The notes: generated from the letters alone by a model not told the origin. Counted from the whole stretch's first letter, positions 37,206-50,980 are shown. The stretch is DNA of 63,669 nt, filler included, from Reticulomyxa filosa (GCA_000512085.1; 29 parts of 29 records of this genome joined end to end with filler, not necessarily neighbours in it), one strand, 5' to 3'. Numbers and translations are program-made.

Positions 37206-38150
37206 ACAGCAGCAACACAAGTCATCGCCGATGATCATCACACACACGTTCAAAAATAATCAACCCACTCGCTCGCCCATTGTCGATTATTTAAACGAAC
37301 TCACCGAACTACCCAACACTTATGTGTGCGTCATCTCTGGACAAACGCGGTCGCAAATACAAGTGGCTTTGTCCGAATTCCCGAACGTGTATTGTCTGGC
37401 GGCTGAAAAAGGGGCTTTTCTGCGATGGAAAGGGGATGACACCACGTGGTCGGAACGTTCCAAACTCGGCGATCACTTGTCTTGGCAACACCTTGCTATG
37501 CCTGTGTTGCAGACGTATACCGAACGCACCGATGGGTCCTTCGTCGAACGCAAAGACACGGCGCTGGTGTGGCATTACCACGACAGCGATCCGAGCTATG
37601 GAGATATCCAGGCCAGGGAGTTGGAACGCTATTTGAATGGACTGCTCGTCCCGTTTCATAATATCATCGTCCAAAAGTATGACCACCAACGCATTGTCGA
37701 AATTTTGCCCAAAGATATCAACAAAGGCAGCGCCGCTGTGGCTATCGTTCGCAAGTTGCTAAAGGACATTGAAGCTCAGTCCCAATCCAATACCAACCAC
37801 AATGACCTTGAATCGAAAAAAGAAGAAGACAAAGGCAAAGATAAAGATAAAGAAAATAAAGATGAAGATAATAAAGATGAAGATAAACAAAAACAAAAAC
37901 ATCAAGAAGAAAAGGATGATCATGACAATGACGAAGAAAACATCACTGCCCCTGTCCCGTCTTCTTCCGTAAAACAACCCGATTTGTTTCTCTTATCCGT
38001 TGGCAACGATCGCAGTGACGAAAAAATGTTCGAAGCTATGGAACTTATCGCACAAGAGTTGGGCACTACACATGTTTGGACTGCTACCATTGGCATTCAA
38101 CCTAGTCATGCCAAATATTATTTGACTGATCAAGATGAAGTTTTTGCTAC
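37144..38150 (+). CDS. Trehalose-6-phosphate synthase/phosphatase, C-terminal HAD phosphatase domain (partial)
   Basis: VISG, LAAEKGAF, YTERTDGSFVERKDTALVWHY, EILPKDINKGSA, VGNDRSDEKMF, PSHAKYYL are TPP-domain motifs. Confidence 0.9.
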
Positions 38151-39900
38151 TCAAATTTTTTTTTTTTCCCCCTCCCCCCCTCCCCCTTTTTTTTTTTATT
38201 TAAATAATTCGTTAAACGTATACGTATCGTTACAAAAACCTTTATGTGATCCACACAAATCAGGTACAATGGCTTTTGTCCACGCTCTCCAGCTCCTTGC
38301 ATTACCCCAAAAATCGTCATAGCTTGAATGCGCTTCAGAGTCATCTTACGCCACATGGGCCAGCCAATCATTTCCCGATCATCCAGGATGCTGACACTAG
38401 CTGATTTTTTTGTTGAGAGGTTTGGTTTTCGCGTGTAATTTTGTGATGGGGTGTGCTTTTTTTCTTTTGATTTTTGAATTTTTTTTTAAAAAACGTGTTA
38501 TTTTGCTGCAAAAATGCCTTTTTTTGGTGGATACAATTGGTGAAATATTTATGGCGTGTCCGAAGGATCTCACTGTATATGTTGAAAGCGTGAAAAGTAG
38601 TAACTTTTCACCAATAGCTTTTTCAGTTCTCGTCTTTGTGGCATTTAGGCCACTGTTCATGTAACTAGTGAAAAAAAGGAAGTTTTAGTACATATCTGAC
38701 AATATATCAGCTGCATTTGGAAAGAATATTCTTAATGTTCGACTTTGAAACATTAAAACTGCGAAAATATACATTTATTTGGTGCACAAAGCATGGATTG
38801 ATGTTTCTTTAGATGATAATACACTCTTGGGATGCAACAATTTGTAAGTAGAGACCATTGCAAAGAGGATTTTTGCAACATTAATATTATTAAATATGCA
38901 ACCTTTTGTTTAAATTTTAATATAGTTTTTTCTGGAGTGGATTTTGTTAGAAAAGGACAAAATTATAGTAGAAAACGGAGCTATCCACGTGCTGACAATT
39001 TTTCTAAATTAGATTAGTCTATACTCAGTTCTACAAATTTTTTGACAATATGAAGATTAAATTTTCAACTAGTAAAACTTATTTCTGATTGCAAGAAAAT
39101 GATTAAACAGACATTCCTAGTTTTTGTGATACATTTTTTGCATGAAAATAATAACACAATGAAATCATTTGTTAAACAAACAAAGTATATAATAGTTTCA
39201 ATCAAAAGAATATGTTTGTTATGCTACAATTTTGTCAATTTGTTACAAACAAGACAGCTTCAAAATAGATGCAAATGAGTTAAATTTCTGATAGAGAATG
39301 TTGTTTTCAGCTGTACAACGATTATATAAAAGTTGCTTGGAAAAGAAAAAAGCTAGTTAAATGATAGATTGACAAATTTGTTGAATTTTTGGTATTGATA
39401 TATCTGTATTTGTCGCCTTAGTTTTCTTGTCATACATTGCGACGAGAATTTGTTAAGAAGACAAAAACTTAAAATCTTTTGGAGTGATAACGATTATGTT
39501 CTTCAATAATCTATTTTTCAGTTTTTCATTGCTTCACCAACACAATTTAAACTGTTTATTTATTGTCCTAGGATCATTTGACTGCATCTTGGAGATAATA
39601 ATAGAAGAAGAGCTGAACAAATTATCACTACCGATTTTTGGAGTGGAAAAAATTTGCACAAAAGATAAAAAAAATCTTCTGGAGAGGAATTGATGAAACA
39701 GGTCCAATCTCACAATGTTAAATGTTCTTAATGTGTATTTTAAAGATTAAATTTGAATCCATGTTTCTTCTAATAGAAATAATTAAATTTTATCAATCGG
39801 ACACAGAATGTACCAGTTTACGAGTTGGCAATGATGGAGAGTTATTTTTCGCTTTCAAAAAGTTTTGTTGGTTTTATTTGTTTTTATACTTTCTTCTAAG

Positions 39901-40101
39901 AAGCAATCATCAATTGGTATTGACTTGGGTACGACGTACTCATGTGTTGGTACATGGAAAAGTAACACTGTTGAAATTATCCCAAATGACACTCATCTTT
40001 CGGTGATACAGAAAGATTATTGGAACAGCAGCAAAGAACCAAGCTGCAAAAAATGCAGAAAACACAGTGTTTGACTCAAAACAATTAATCGGAAGAAAGT
40101 T
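39901..40101 (+). pseudogene. Hsp70 pseudogene fragment
   Basis: [20 protein letters not shown], then loss of QGNRTTPS, frameshifts, and [24 protein letters not shown]. Confidence 0.9.
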
Positions 40102-40579
40102 AACAAAGTTATAATAAACTCGAACTACTTTTTTTAATCTGTAAGTTGAAGCAATATATATTTCATTACTTTGAAATTATTTTGAAGAAATCATTTAATT
40201 GAAGTTGTGATGTCCTCTTTTTTACATAAAGTAGTAACTACAAAATCGAATACAAAAAGTACAACGTTATGTCGACCTTTACTTTGCTTGATAAAAAGAT
40301 AAAAAGATTTGATTTATTTTTAATAATGATTAGCACATTGAATAAAAATGATATGTTTGACAATTTATTGATATGATTAATAAATCATTTNNNNNNNNNN
40401 NNNNNNNNNNNNNNNNNNNNNNNNNNNNNNNNNNTTAATTAATTAANNNNNNNNNNNNNNNNNNNNNNNNNNNNNNNNNNNNNNNNNNNNTTTTTCATTT
40501 CACATTGTATGCCATTTGTAAAAAAAAAAAAAAATTTTATTGTTCTTCTACCAATTTTTTTTTTTTTTTTTGATTCATT

Positions 40580-41220
40580 TTAGCAAAACCTGAACGACTG
40601 TGACAAAGGTGTCACATCTGAAGCTGCCATTTCAATTTTTAGCAAAGTTTGTGGGATTGATACACGACGAGGTAGTGATGTTGGTTTCGATGCTTGTGCA
40701 TTATTTGCTTGCAATGCTTTTGTTCTTGAAGTTCTTCGTCCGCGTGAGTGAGGCTTAGGATATTTGAACAAAATGTCCGTCTTTTTTTTTTTTTTTTTTT
40801 TTTTTCATAAAAAATAAAAAAAATAAAAAAAAAAATCAAGCAACAACTTGCGTCTTCGGAATAATATCCATTGGAAGCTTTCTACTAACCCTATTTCTGT
40901 ACTTAGCAGTCAACCGTGCTAAGATCCTAGGCTTAACACACCTTTTTTGATATAACGATTTACATGCTTTTTCAGAGCGATTAAATACAGTGGCACAAAC
41001 CGCCCACGATTCCCCCCTTTCCACCATCTTGTTGTTTTGTTATTAAATGTTGCTGGAGTTCTCCCGTATTGTAACGGGTTACTTTTTTTTGGTGGAAAAA
41101 TCGCTGCAAAACACAAATGCCGGACAAAAATAAAAGCATATATGTACTCACTTTGAACAGTAATTGCATGTCTGTTTCGCTCCATCTCATTCCAGATCTT
41201 GAGCGTTCCTTCCGGGACAT
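40580..41220 (-). CDS. Myb/SANT-like domain protein, multi-exon
   Basis: Spliced RWSETDMQLLFK|MVERGESWAVCATVFNRSEKACKSLY fits the Myb helix-turn-helix spacing. Confidence 0.6.
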
Positions 41221-41523
41221 TCTTTTAAGGAAAGAATTTTTTGTTCAAACACTCAAAACTTTGGTAATTAAGTAGTATTACGTTCGGCAATCGAAAATAA
41301 GATGTCACATTGAGAAATTCTCATTGAAGGAGAAAAACTACTGTTGTGGACAATTTGTACGCAAAAAAGCAATTACAATTGGAGACTTAAACTGCAAGGG
41401 AAAAAAAAAAATTAAATATTGAAAAAGGAACGATATTAATTATTGTTCCATAGTTAATAATCAGGCTTCGTGTGTGTGAACAATTGTTCTTGACCTACTT
41501 ATTCAACGTGAATAAAGATTTAC

Positions 41524-41960
41524 ATGACGACACCAAAGACCTCAAAATCGAAGGTATTTCGGCTTGCTTCTTTGTGCGTTGACCCGACAGAAGTTTGTAG
41601 CAATGTAACGAAAAGAAAGGAAGGAAGATATTGTGTGTATTGTGTATGTAAAAGAAACCGCGAAAAAAGCCAGTACCTTGGACAAGCGAAGAAGAGATAC
41701 GATATCTAGAAGCGTTGGAAGTGTACGGACGAGATTGGCATGGTATATCTCAGTACGTGGGAACAAGAGATGTACATTCGATTCGGTCTCACACTCAAAA
41801 GTACTTTATCTCACTGTACATGAAAAAAGCACGACTACCCAAAAAAGTGGAAGAATCGGGATCAGGCTACACACTGTCTGGGCAACCGTTGGACGTGAAT
41901 TCAGGTGCTTTTCGGATGTACAGTGGACAAAGAAAGCGATCGACAATCAGTTGGACCCCT
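41524..41960 (+). CDS. SHAQKYF-class Myb domain protein (MYSM1-like N-terminus), partial
   Basis: PWTSEEEIRYLEALEVYGRDWHGISQYVGTRDVHSIRSHTQKYF followed by LPKKVEESGSGYTLSG.PLD. Confidence 0.85.
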
Positions 41961-42449
41961 NNNNNNNNNNNNNNNNNNNNNNNNNNNNNNNNNNNNNNNN
42001 NNNNTTAATTAATTAANNNNNNNNNNNNNNNNNNNNNNNNNNNNNNNNNNNNNNNNNNNNAAGGCAATAGTAGTTTGTTGGTATCTTTCAAATTCTTTGC
42101 ATTATTTTGTACCTTTGATCAGTCCTACATCTACGGTCATCAATATACTCAATGGATCATTTTTATGAGTTTTAAAAACTTGCTTATCATTCACATTAAC
42201 GCAAACTATCCTTGATAGCCACTCATCGCTTTTGTTTTGCTATTATAAACAACTAATTGATATTATGACTTACCAATAAATTTACTTTTGTTTCTTCCTT
42301 ACAAATCCACCAAGGTTTGATATGTCTTAATATTTTCACTTCCAATGAGTGAATGGATCAATACAAATCAAAATTGTCCAATCATTGACTTTAGACTGCT
42401 GCTTACAGCAGAAATCGTTTTATTATATCCGTAGTTGTCTGAGCAACTT

Positions 42450-42694
42450 TCTTGTTACGAATATATCTTCTCGAATCACTTTTTCAGTGTTTTTTTTAAG
42501 GCACGATTGAATATCCGCACACTTCTTTTTCGTTTTTATAAAATACTGCAGTGTCAATGTGTCGATACCTAGTTGTTAAAGCTGCTTGCACCGTTTGGCT
42601 GCACCTTTTGTCTTTCAAGAGACGTTCTGAAACCCAATTGAGGAATTTTTGACGCGGGTTTAGTTCTAGATAGTGCTTTCACTGCCTGGGTCAT
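42450..42694 (-). pseudogene. Aldo-keto reductase pseudogene
   Basis: IPQLGF...VQAALTTRYRHIDTAVFYKNEKEV, with frameshifts. Confidence 0.8.
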
Positions 42695-43389
42695 GATATA
42701 TTTTTTTTATGTAGTTTTTTTGGAACACTAAGCTCGTTGTCAAATAATTTGTATTCACTGGATCTATCAGGTAAAAAAAAAGTAGTGGAAAAAAATAAGG
42801 ATTACGTCAAACAATGAAAGTTTAAAGTATGCGAATGATAGTTAAAAAAGTACAGTCATTAAAGCTTTTTGGTTCTATTTGTGAATAGAAGAGTCATTTA
42901 TGTTAGCATTGAAATGGTGATGCTTGTTTCCTTTTTTTTGGAGTATTGTACATTGATGGTAACACTCAAATAAGATTACACAAAGTCAAACGAATTCAAA
43001 GGTATCACAAAAGCCAATATAAGCAAACACAAACACAATAAAAAAGTAAAAATAAACAAAGGCTAAGAAAGAAACATTTGAAAAAGTCAGCAGTGAAAAT
43101 GGATATTTTCACATGTGAAGTTCTTTTGTCATTTTCTTTGTGATCCTGAGACATTTTTGACTGTTTATGACTCAATGTNNNNNNNNNNNNNNNNNNNNNN
43201 NNNNNNNNNNNNNNNNNNNNNNTTAATTAATTAANNNNNNNNNNNNNNNNNNNNNNNNNNNNNNNNNNNNNNNNNNNNATATATGTATATAGTATATATA
43301 TATGTACTCATTAAACAAACAATAAAAAAAATAATAAAATTGTGAACATGTGTTTCCTCAAATATAATTAATTATATTAATTTTAAAAA

Positions 43390-43909
43390 ATGTATCAACT
43401 TCAAATTGATCTACTTCTTCCAAGGTCACAATGTCAGGATCGTGTCTCAAAATCTCTTCGACAATTCGGAAACCGCGATAGTTAAATTCCAATGCGTCCT
43501 TTGACACTCCGACAAACTCTTTGTCTTTCATTTTACTATTGACGTATAGTCCACTTAGACCATCTGCCAACACATTAAACTGCATTATCTTCACCTTCCC
43601 TTTGTTTGTTCCACTCGTTTTTATTTGCACCAGCTTTCGCGGGTATAGTTCCGCATATTTTTTATATCTGTCTGTCGATCGCAAATTCGATAATTCTTTC
43701 TGCCATACACACATTTTTTTTTTTCTCCATTTAGACTCCAATTTCATTCCCCCCCCCCCCCCCCCCCTTCGCCCCTCTTCCTCCCGTTTTTGCTCAACAG
43801 TGTAGTCATCACCACGGATAAAACGCTTTGGGTCGTCGAATTTGTCCGTATCGTAACTCGAATTCTGAGGGGCTGTTTTTTGCTCTTGGTCTGCTTTTTC
43901 TTTTGGCAA
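43390..43909 (-). CDS. Nocturnin/CCR4-family EEP phosphatase, 5' exons
   Basis: VKIMQFNVLADGL...EFNYRGFRIVEEILRHDPDIVTLEEVD matches the nocturnin/CCR4 N-terminal motifs. Confidence 0.85.
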
Positions 43910-44358
43910 TGACGCACTACTTTCTTGTGAAATTTTTTTCTCTTTTTTCGGCCTCTTCTTGTGTCAAGGACTCTGATTGAACCACTATATTATTTGTTAT
44001 ATTTTCCTCCATTTTCTGGTTGAACTCCTAACTCGTGGATTCCTTTTTTTTTTTTGAGGAAAAGGTCTTGTTCCCTGCACGTAGCTGTTGTCGAGTGTGC
44101 ACGTATAAAAAAAATACTGTAGTAAAAAAATTATCCAACGCGTTGAAAGAAAACGGAAAGAGATTTTGACTGCCTCCGTCGTGTAGCCACAAAAAAAAAA
44201 TAATTTGCAAATAAGATAAAAAATAAAATTGTTTAATTTTAACAAAATTTTCGCAAGAAAACGTAAACAATAAGAAATATATCAAATACGAGTGATCTGT
44301 TTCACTTGTCAAACACTGTTTTCTGGAAACACGGAAAAACCTTCGTGGGTGTGTAGCG

Positions 44359-44727
44359 ATGATGAATAATCCAATGATGTTGCAAACCCCAGGTTCTTCT
44401 TCACTTATTCCATTGCCATCTTTTTTAGAAGGCAATCCATATTTTTCGGCAGGGTTTGGATTAGCAGTGATCGGCTTTGGTTTTTCTCTGTTGCGTAGGA
44501 GTGCAGTGGGGTTAAATATTGTTGCGGAGAGATCATTGTTGACGACATTAGAAATCCATAACCGCGACCCTGCATTTCCGTGGATTTTGAAGTGGTTGCA
44601 CCAGCAAACAGCCGGGAAAACCCGTCGCGTCACAGTAGAGACCACCCGTCGTCAAACGCAAAGCGGGAAATCGATTACATCGTTTTCGTTGGTTCCATCG
44701 CAAGGCAAGCACTTTTTGAAATATCAA
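44359..44727 (+). CDS. BCS1: Mitochondrial chaperone BCS1, N-terminal exon
   Basis: NPYFSAGFGL, TTLEIHNRDPAFPWILKWL, VETT, FSLVPSQGKHFLKY make up the BCS1_N domain. Confidence 0.92.
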
Positions 44728-44782
44728 GTTCGACACACTGTATTTATTTCTATTCCCTTTACATAATGTATTTCACCATCAC

Positions 44783-44813
<31 letters not shown>

Positions 44814-45029
44814 GTTACGAATTGTTAAGAAATTTCCGGGANNNNNNNNNNNNNNNNNNNNNNNNNNNNNNNNNNNNNNNNNNNNTTAATTAATTAANNN
44901 NNNNNNNNNNNNNNNNNNNNNNNNNNNNNNNNNNNNNNNNNTTTTTTTTTTTTTTTTTTTTTTTTTAATTTTTTTTTTTTTTTTTGAAAAAAAAAAAATA
45001 AAATTTTTTTGAATTGGAAATGGGGAGGT

Positions 45030-45466
45030 GACCTTTTAAATTTGGATTCCGTGGGCTCACTATAAGGAGCAGCATCAACAGCAAATCCCAAACTCTCCAT
45101 GAACTGACCAAAACATGAGTCTCTACTGCTGGCGAAATACAACATAAACGAGACTGCCCACGAGATTGGCATCACCAAAAAAAATACAATAGTTTTATTC
45201 GGTCCGACTTTCGCTCACAGAAGATTACCACAAAAGCGAAGCAATACGTCAGCTGAGACAAGATTAAGATCACCAAACTGATGTAAAAAAATATCATCCT
45301 GCCTCGGAGGTAAAATTGCACTAATACGTACAGGTCTGTTAGCAAGTCGGCCACATTTATTAATGCGTTTGTTGCGTCGTATAGTACACTCCCGCACTCT
45401 TCGCAAGGGTTTTTGTGTGCTGCTGTTCTCACTTTGTTTATTTGTCAACCAAACAAAATGTGTCAT
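45030..45466 (-). CDS. XK-related-like multi-TM protein, 5' part (contains a frameshift)
   Basis: NVADLLTDLYVLVQFY...FFYISLVILILSQLTYC resembles the first helices of XK/scramblase-like proteins. Confidence 0.5.
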
Positions 45467-45758
45467 ATCGACAATAACACAAAGGAAAATACAGGTTGAT
45501 TGTCACCTTGCATTTCTATCTACAATTCACAGGCTTGCCTCCTTTGAACGCTCGTAAAGTTTCAACTACTCCTTTTACTAGTGCAAATTTTATATGACCG
45601 TAATTTATTCAATTGTATTGTTACTCCTCTTTTTTTAAAAAATGAAACAACACCTCCCAGTATTTATTTGTTGCAAGCAACAGCTTTTCAACAAACCAGC
45701 ACAACACCTCTGACATAGAACCGGGTCTTTTCCCATATAATTTTTTGGATTGAAAAAC

Positions 45759-46291
45759 ATGGCAAGCGAAACATTCACTTTTGAATTGTATCCGCTTTCG
45801 AATTACACAATTACTGAAAAAGATCCAAATAAATTTTTGGATATGACTCTTTTGGGAGAAATATCCTATTGCAAGCAAAAGTATCAAACGGAAGGAGGGA
45901 TGCGACACCGTGTGGAAGCAGTTCTTTTAGTGAATTACCGTAAGCACCCTCACGTATTATTGTTTCAAACTTGCGCTAACACGCAGTACAAACTGCCAGG
46001 GGGTTTTTTAGAAGGTGCCGAAGATAAGTACGATGGTCTGAAAAGGATCCTCGACGAGCAATTGTCTCCAATCGTGACCGAACAAAGTAAATCAGAAAAT
46101 GAAAGCGTCGAGCCAGGATCAGAAACAAAACTCACAACACGAGTAGTCTCTCAACAGTGGGAAATTGCAGAGTTGCTGACAATATGGTGGCGTGCCGAAT
46201 GGGATGAAATTTTTTTCCCTTACATCCCTCCTCACATTACAAAACCGAAAGAAAGAAGAGAAATGTATTTGGTTCCATTGCCCGAAAAGTG
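45759..46291 (+). CDS. NUDT21: Cleavage factor Im 25 kDa subunit (NUDT21/CPSF5), first exon
   Basis: LYPLSNY...GMRHRVEAVLLV..HPHVLLFQ..YKLPGG...GLKRIL...WWR....FPYIPPHITKPKE. Confidence 0.93.
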
Positions 46292-46759
46292 TTGAGTATG
46301 TTTCAATCCTTATTGAAACACTCCCTCNNNNNNNNNNNNNNNNNNNNNNNNNNNNNNNNNNNNNNNNNNNNTTAATTAATTAANNNNNNNNNNNNNNNNN
46401 NNNNNNNNNNNNNNNNNNNNNNNNNNNAGGTTCTATGGATTGTACAATTCGGATTTGGGGATGATGACAAACAAAAAAAAAAGTGTTTTTTTTTTTAAAG
46501 ATATGATAAGTGAATATGAAACTTATTATTATTATTATTTTTTTTTTGCTATTGTTCCTTTTGAAAATTTTGTGAAGTGGGGACTTGTGCAAACAATTCA
46601 ATCAAAATGTTCTTTCATCTCAAATGATTTGATAATTTTTGTAATAGTATCTTTTGTCTCTTTTTGTTTTATAACTTTTATCTTGGTTCGAATGGGATGA
46701 ACTTCATAAATGCTTCTTTCGATATAGTATTGAATATAATTTCAATTCACAACGCCAAA

Positions 46760-47185
46760 ACGAACATCAACAACCTTATTTTTGTTTACTCCAGAAAAGA
46801 TTCATTTAATTACTAAGTATCGGATGCAGTCATTCGAATATGGGATATTGAAATAACTAAACAATTGAATGTATTCAAGGGGCATGACAGTTATGTGAAT
46901 AGTATAAAATATGGATCAAATGAATTATTAAATACAATATTGTCTGCGTCAGATGATTACAGTGTTCGTTTGGCAATGTGATTGTGGTAATTTAAATGTG
47001 ATATGTTCTGGATCATTGAATAAAACAATTCGATTTTGGGAAACAAGAAGAAATTTATGTAACTGAGGAAAATGAAGAAATGATATGTCATAAATTTACA
47101 TCGTTGAAAATGGAAAAAATAAACAGAGAAAAACAGATGATAGTTATGGTGTTAATTTATATTATGGTTCAGCTAGTTGTGTTTG
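46760..47185 (+). pseudogene. WD40-repeat pseudogene
   Basis: IRIWDIE...FKGHDSYVNSIKYGSNELLNTILSASDDYSVRL and ICSGSLNKTIRFWE, with disruptions. Confidence 0.85.
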
Positions 47186-48710
47186 GGGACGAACACATAT
47201 GAATAAATTTTTTTTGAAAATTTTGACTTTTAAATAAAGGGGACGTACATCAATTGATTTATATCCCACTCGACCAAATGCTTTTGTGTTCTCTTTGTAA
47301 AATAAAATATAAACATTAAATGAAAGCACTAAGTAACAACAAAAGTTCAAAAAACTCTTTAAATAATTAAAAATTCAAAAGTTAAAGAGAATTAATATTT
47401 TTGAAACAATTAGGAAACGGAATAAAAAAGCAAACTATATTTAAAAAATATGATTTGTAGATATTTTGAAAATTTTGATTAACGCTTCTTCTGAAAAATT
47501 CAAAATGAAACAAACAATTCTCTATTGCTATTTTGTCGCTTTTGTAGAAAGTAAATCCAAAAAATTATAGATCTAAAAATAAACACTATAATAAATATCA
47601 AGACTAACAAAACTCAAAAGACTTACAACACAAGATTGTAATGGTAGAATAAGATGTCTTACATTTGTGCCATTGAAAAAGAAAAAAAGGATATTGAAGC
47701 TGGTTTGAGCTTGTGTTATGGCCCTATTCGCGTTTGGAGAAGCACGGATATTCATGAATTAGACAAACGTTAATAAACACTTGTTTCAAATTGGTGTGTT
47801 TGATGCATTTTCTAATTATTTTTTGCATAACTTGAGTGTATCAACCTGTTTCTGCAAATTTTTAAATTCCAATTATAGCGGGAAAGGAAGGTTGGATAAA
47901 GACAAGTAATACATATTTATTTTATTTTTCTTTTTGCAAATGGTACATCTTTGTAATGAATTATGTTTTTATTACTTTTGTAGGGTAAAGTCATATTATA
48001 CAAGTTCAAATAAAGGAACTGTGGATTAAACCTTCTTAACAACACAACTCACTTTGTTTAGTTCTTTAGTTGTTTTCTTTCATTGTGTTGCAATTATAAT
48101 CGTTAATTTACTTTCTTTTTCCTAAATTACTTTTCGGAACTAAGTTTCCTTTCGTATTACANNNNNNNNNNNNNNNNNNNNNNNNNNNNNNNNNNNNNNN
48201 NNNNNTTAATTAATTAANNNNNNNNNNNNNNNNNNNNNNNNNNNNNNNNNNNNNNNNNNNNGGTAAATCTTAAAAATTGTTTAAAAAAAGATTGTCAACT
48301 TTTTTTAAGAAATTTTACCAAATCAAAAGAAAGAATAAAATTTTTGAAAAAATTGTAGAGACTTATTAAAAACCAAAATGATATTTAAAAACTACACGAT
48401 TCGTAGATATTTTTTTTAAATAAAAAAAAAATTTTGATTAAATGTTGTTTTTTCATTGAGAAACACAATCATCTCTATAAGGTGGCATTTTAGGTGTCAA
48501 CTTTCTTTTTTATCTTACTGTATTATCAAACATTTATTAGAAAACATCTTAAAAATATTATGTGAAAAACTTTGAAATATTTGATAATAATGAATAATTT
48601 AATAAGATATAATGATAAAATTTTTGAAATTTTAAATAAAAATATTAATGTAAAGATTATGTGAAAAAAGCTTGTGTTAGTACGAAAAACTTATCCCTTT
48701 TATATGACAT

Positions 48711-49189
48711 CAAGTACAATAATGAGCAATCATCACGATAAGCTAAATGTTGCCCCTAGTCCTGCTTCATTGGAGAGAAAAAAAGATCTAAATTTATTTC
48801 GACAACGCTTTGCAAGGGGTTTGCATGAATGGCACATACCATTTATATTTATGAGCGACTTGAACGAGTCATTGAAAACGACATTTTTGTTTCGTCAATC
48901 AAGTTTGTTAATAATAACGAGTTTGATAGTATGGATGCGTTATTTGGGCGAAGAATCATTTAACAACTTCCGGACATTTATCTTTGGTTCGTTTACGATC
49001 CCTGACATGCCGTCACTGGATGCACAAAACCAAAGACAGATGTTTGACAAATTGCTGAACTATGTGCCGCTTATTGCAAGCACGGATCCTTCGTTCGATC
49101 ATCTGTTATCCACCAAGCTGTCTCGGCTGTGTATTTATGGAGTGTTATTTTTTGCGTTTGTGCTATTTAGTTCTCCAATCAGCAGTTAA
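48711..49189 (+). CDS. Hypothetical protein fragment
   Basis: Coding-like ORF with no recognised motif. Confidence 0.35.
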
Positions 49190-50599
49190 TGATGCCCGCA
49201 TTACACATTACATTATATCATTTATACATATTGTATGCAGGCGTTTATTTGAAAATTTTTTNNNNNNNNNNNNNNNNNNNNNNNNNNNNNNNNNNNNNNN
49301 NNNNNTTAATTAATTAANNNNNNNNNNNNNNNNNNNNNNNNNNNNNNNNNNNNNNNNNNNNGATGTGGACAAAAAAATATTACACATAATATATTTTAAT
49401 ATGTGATTGTGAAATTTAATTGATGAATCCAAAATAATAACAAAGTTAATTTATAAATAAGACATTATGAATATTGTGTCGAAGACTTAATAGAATGAAG
49501 TGAATAAGAAATAAATATTATTAACATAAATTGCAGAAATAAAATATTGCGGTTATAATGATAAATAATTTAAAAGTATGAAATATTATATGAGCATTTG
49601 ATATATTATAAAAACAGAATTTGCAGTTATGAAAAAGGCAAGATGTTCCAATGATTTATGTATTAAATTTAAAAAATGGATAATTACACATTTCATGATG
49701 ACATAGAATAAGAGAATGTATAAATGATTGGAAAAAAAGGTGACTTATATCAAGGTGACTAGAAAGTGGCAGAAAAAAATTTGTAACCTTTTTGTAAATA
49801 TGATGTGGATGTCAGTTATTTGCATGCATATGGTATTTGTTATCAATTGGTATCCTTTGTCATTGCTTTTGCGTTATTTAATGACACCAATGAGTATCAA
49901 AGCAAATGGCCATTACTGCCAGAAGAAAGCTAGTATTTGATCGAATATGTGATCAAACACAATCTATTATCGATAATGAGTCTAAATGTGCTATCGAGTT
50001 TCATAAGTTCGCAGATACCATTATGTCAAAATTCAACAAACACGAAATAGTTTAATGGTTCTGATTTATGCAAATGAAATATATGACATTTTGAAATAGG
50101 AAGACAATTTGATATTTTTATTTTCATGACCACAAAAACTTGTATTGTTTCTCTAATTCATTTATATTTTCTTGCAGTGAAAATTAAATTTGAAATATTT
50201 TCATTATCATTGATTCCTTGATCACCTATAAGTTGTTCGTGGAGTATTACAAAAAATAGTATTCTTTGATTAAACATCACGGAAATGAAGAAACAAACGA
50301 GTTGTGGAGAAGTTTTAAAATATTTTTTGTCCTTTCAGAAAATAAGACATAATAAACAACTTTAAAAATTGTTTAACAGTGGTATATCTTTTGCTTGTGA
50401 CCTTTCTGTCTGGTGACAATATGATAGAAACTTATTCATTTAGAAAATTAGTGGCTGAAATTATTTCAAATCATTAAAATTCATCGAATTAAATAGAGAA
50501 AAAAACATTTACAATATAACACCAATTCAAAAAAAAAAAGTAACAACAAATGGAACATAGATCATTTATTCAATAGCATTTCCTTGATATTGCCAACAA

Positions 50600-50980
50600 C
50601 AATTAACACTGAGCTAGACCTTGTCAGCATGACATTGACATGAGCTCTTTCTATCTCACAAACCCTACATTTCATCTCTTTGACTCTGACTGTAATGAAA
50701 ATGATAACTTTACTTTCATTTCACTGAAATTTGTCCACAATGCAAACTTCGAAGCATTATTTACTATCACATATAAATCATTTAATTTTTCTTCAATGTT
50801 TTCCCGTTGAGCTCGATACGGCGTGATGATGGTAATGCGCTAAAAACAACGCATACACATATATATTAATGTATATATTATATTTATATACGTATAATAA
50901 TACACTATAACTTTTTTTAGCATAAACAGACATTGTTCTAATTGGTGATCACAAACAGTTACCGCCAACGATCAAGTGAC
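50600..50980. pseudogene. Upf1/DNA2-like SF1 helicase pseudogene with pieces on opposite strands
   Basis: IVLIGDHKQLPPTI on + (50932-50973); IITPYRAQ, VDKFQ and NVMLTR on - (50619-50840). Confidence 0.75.
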
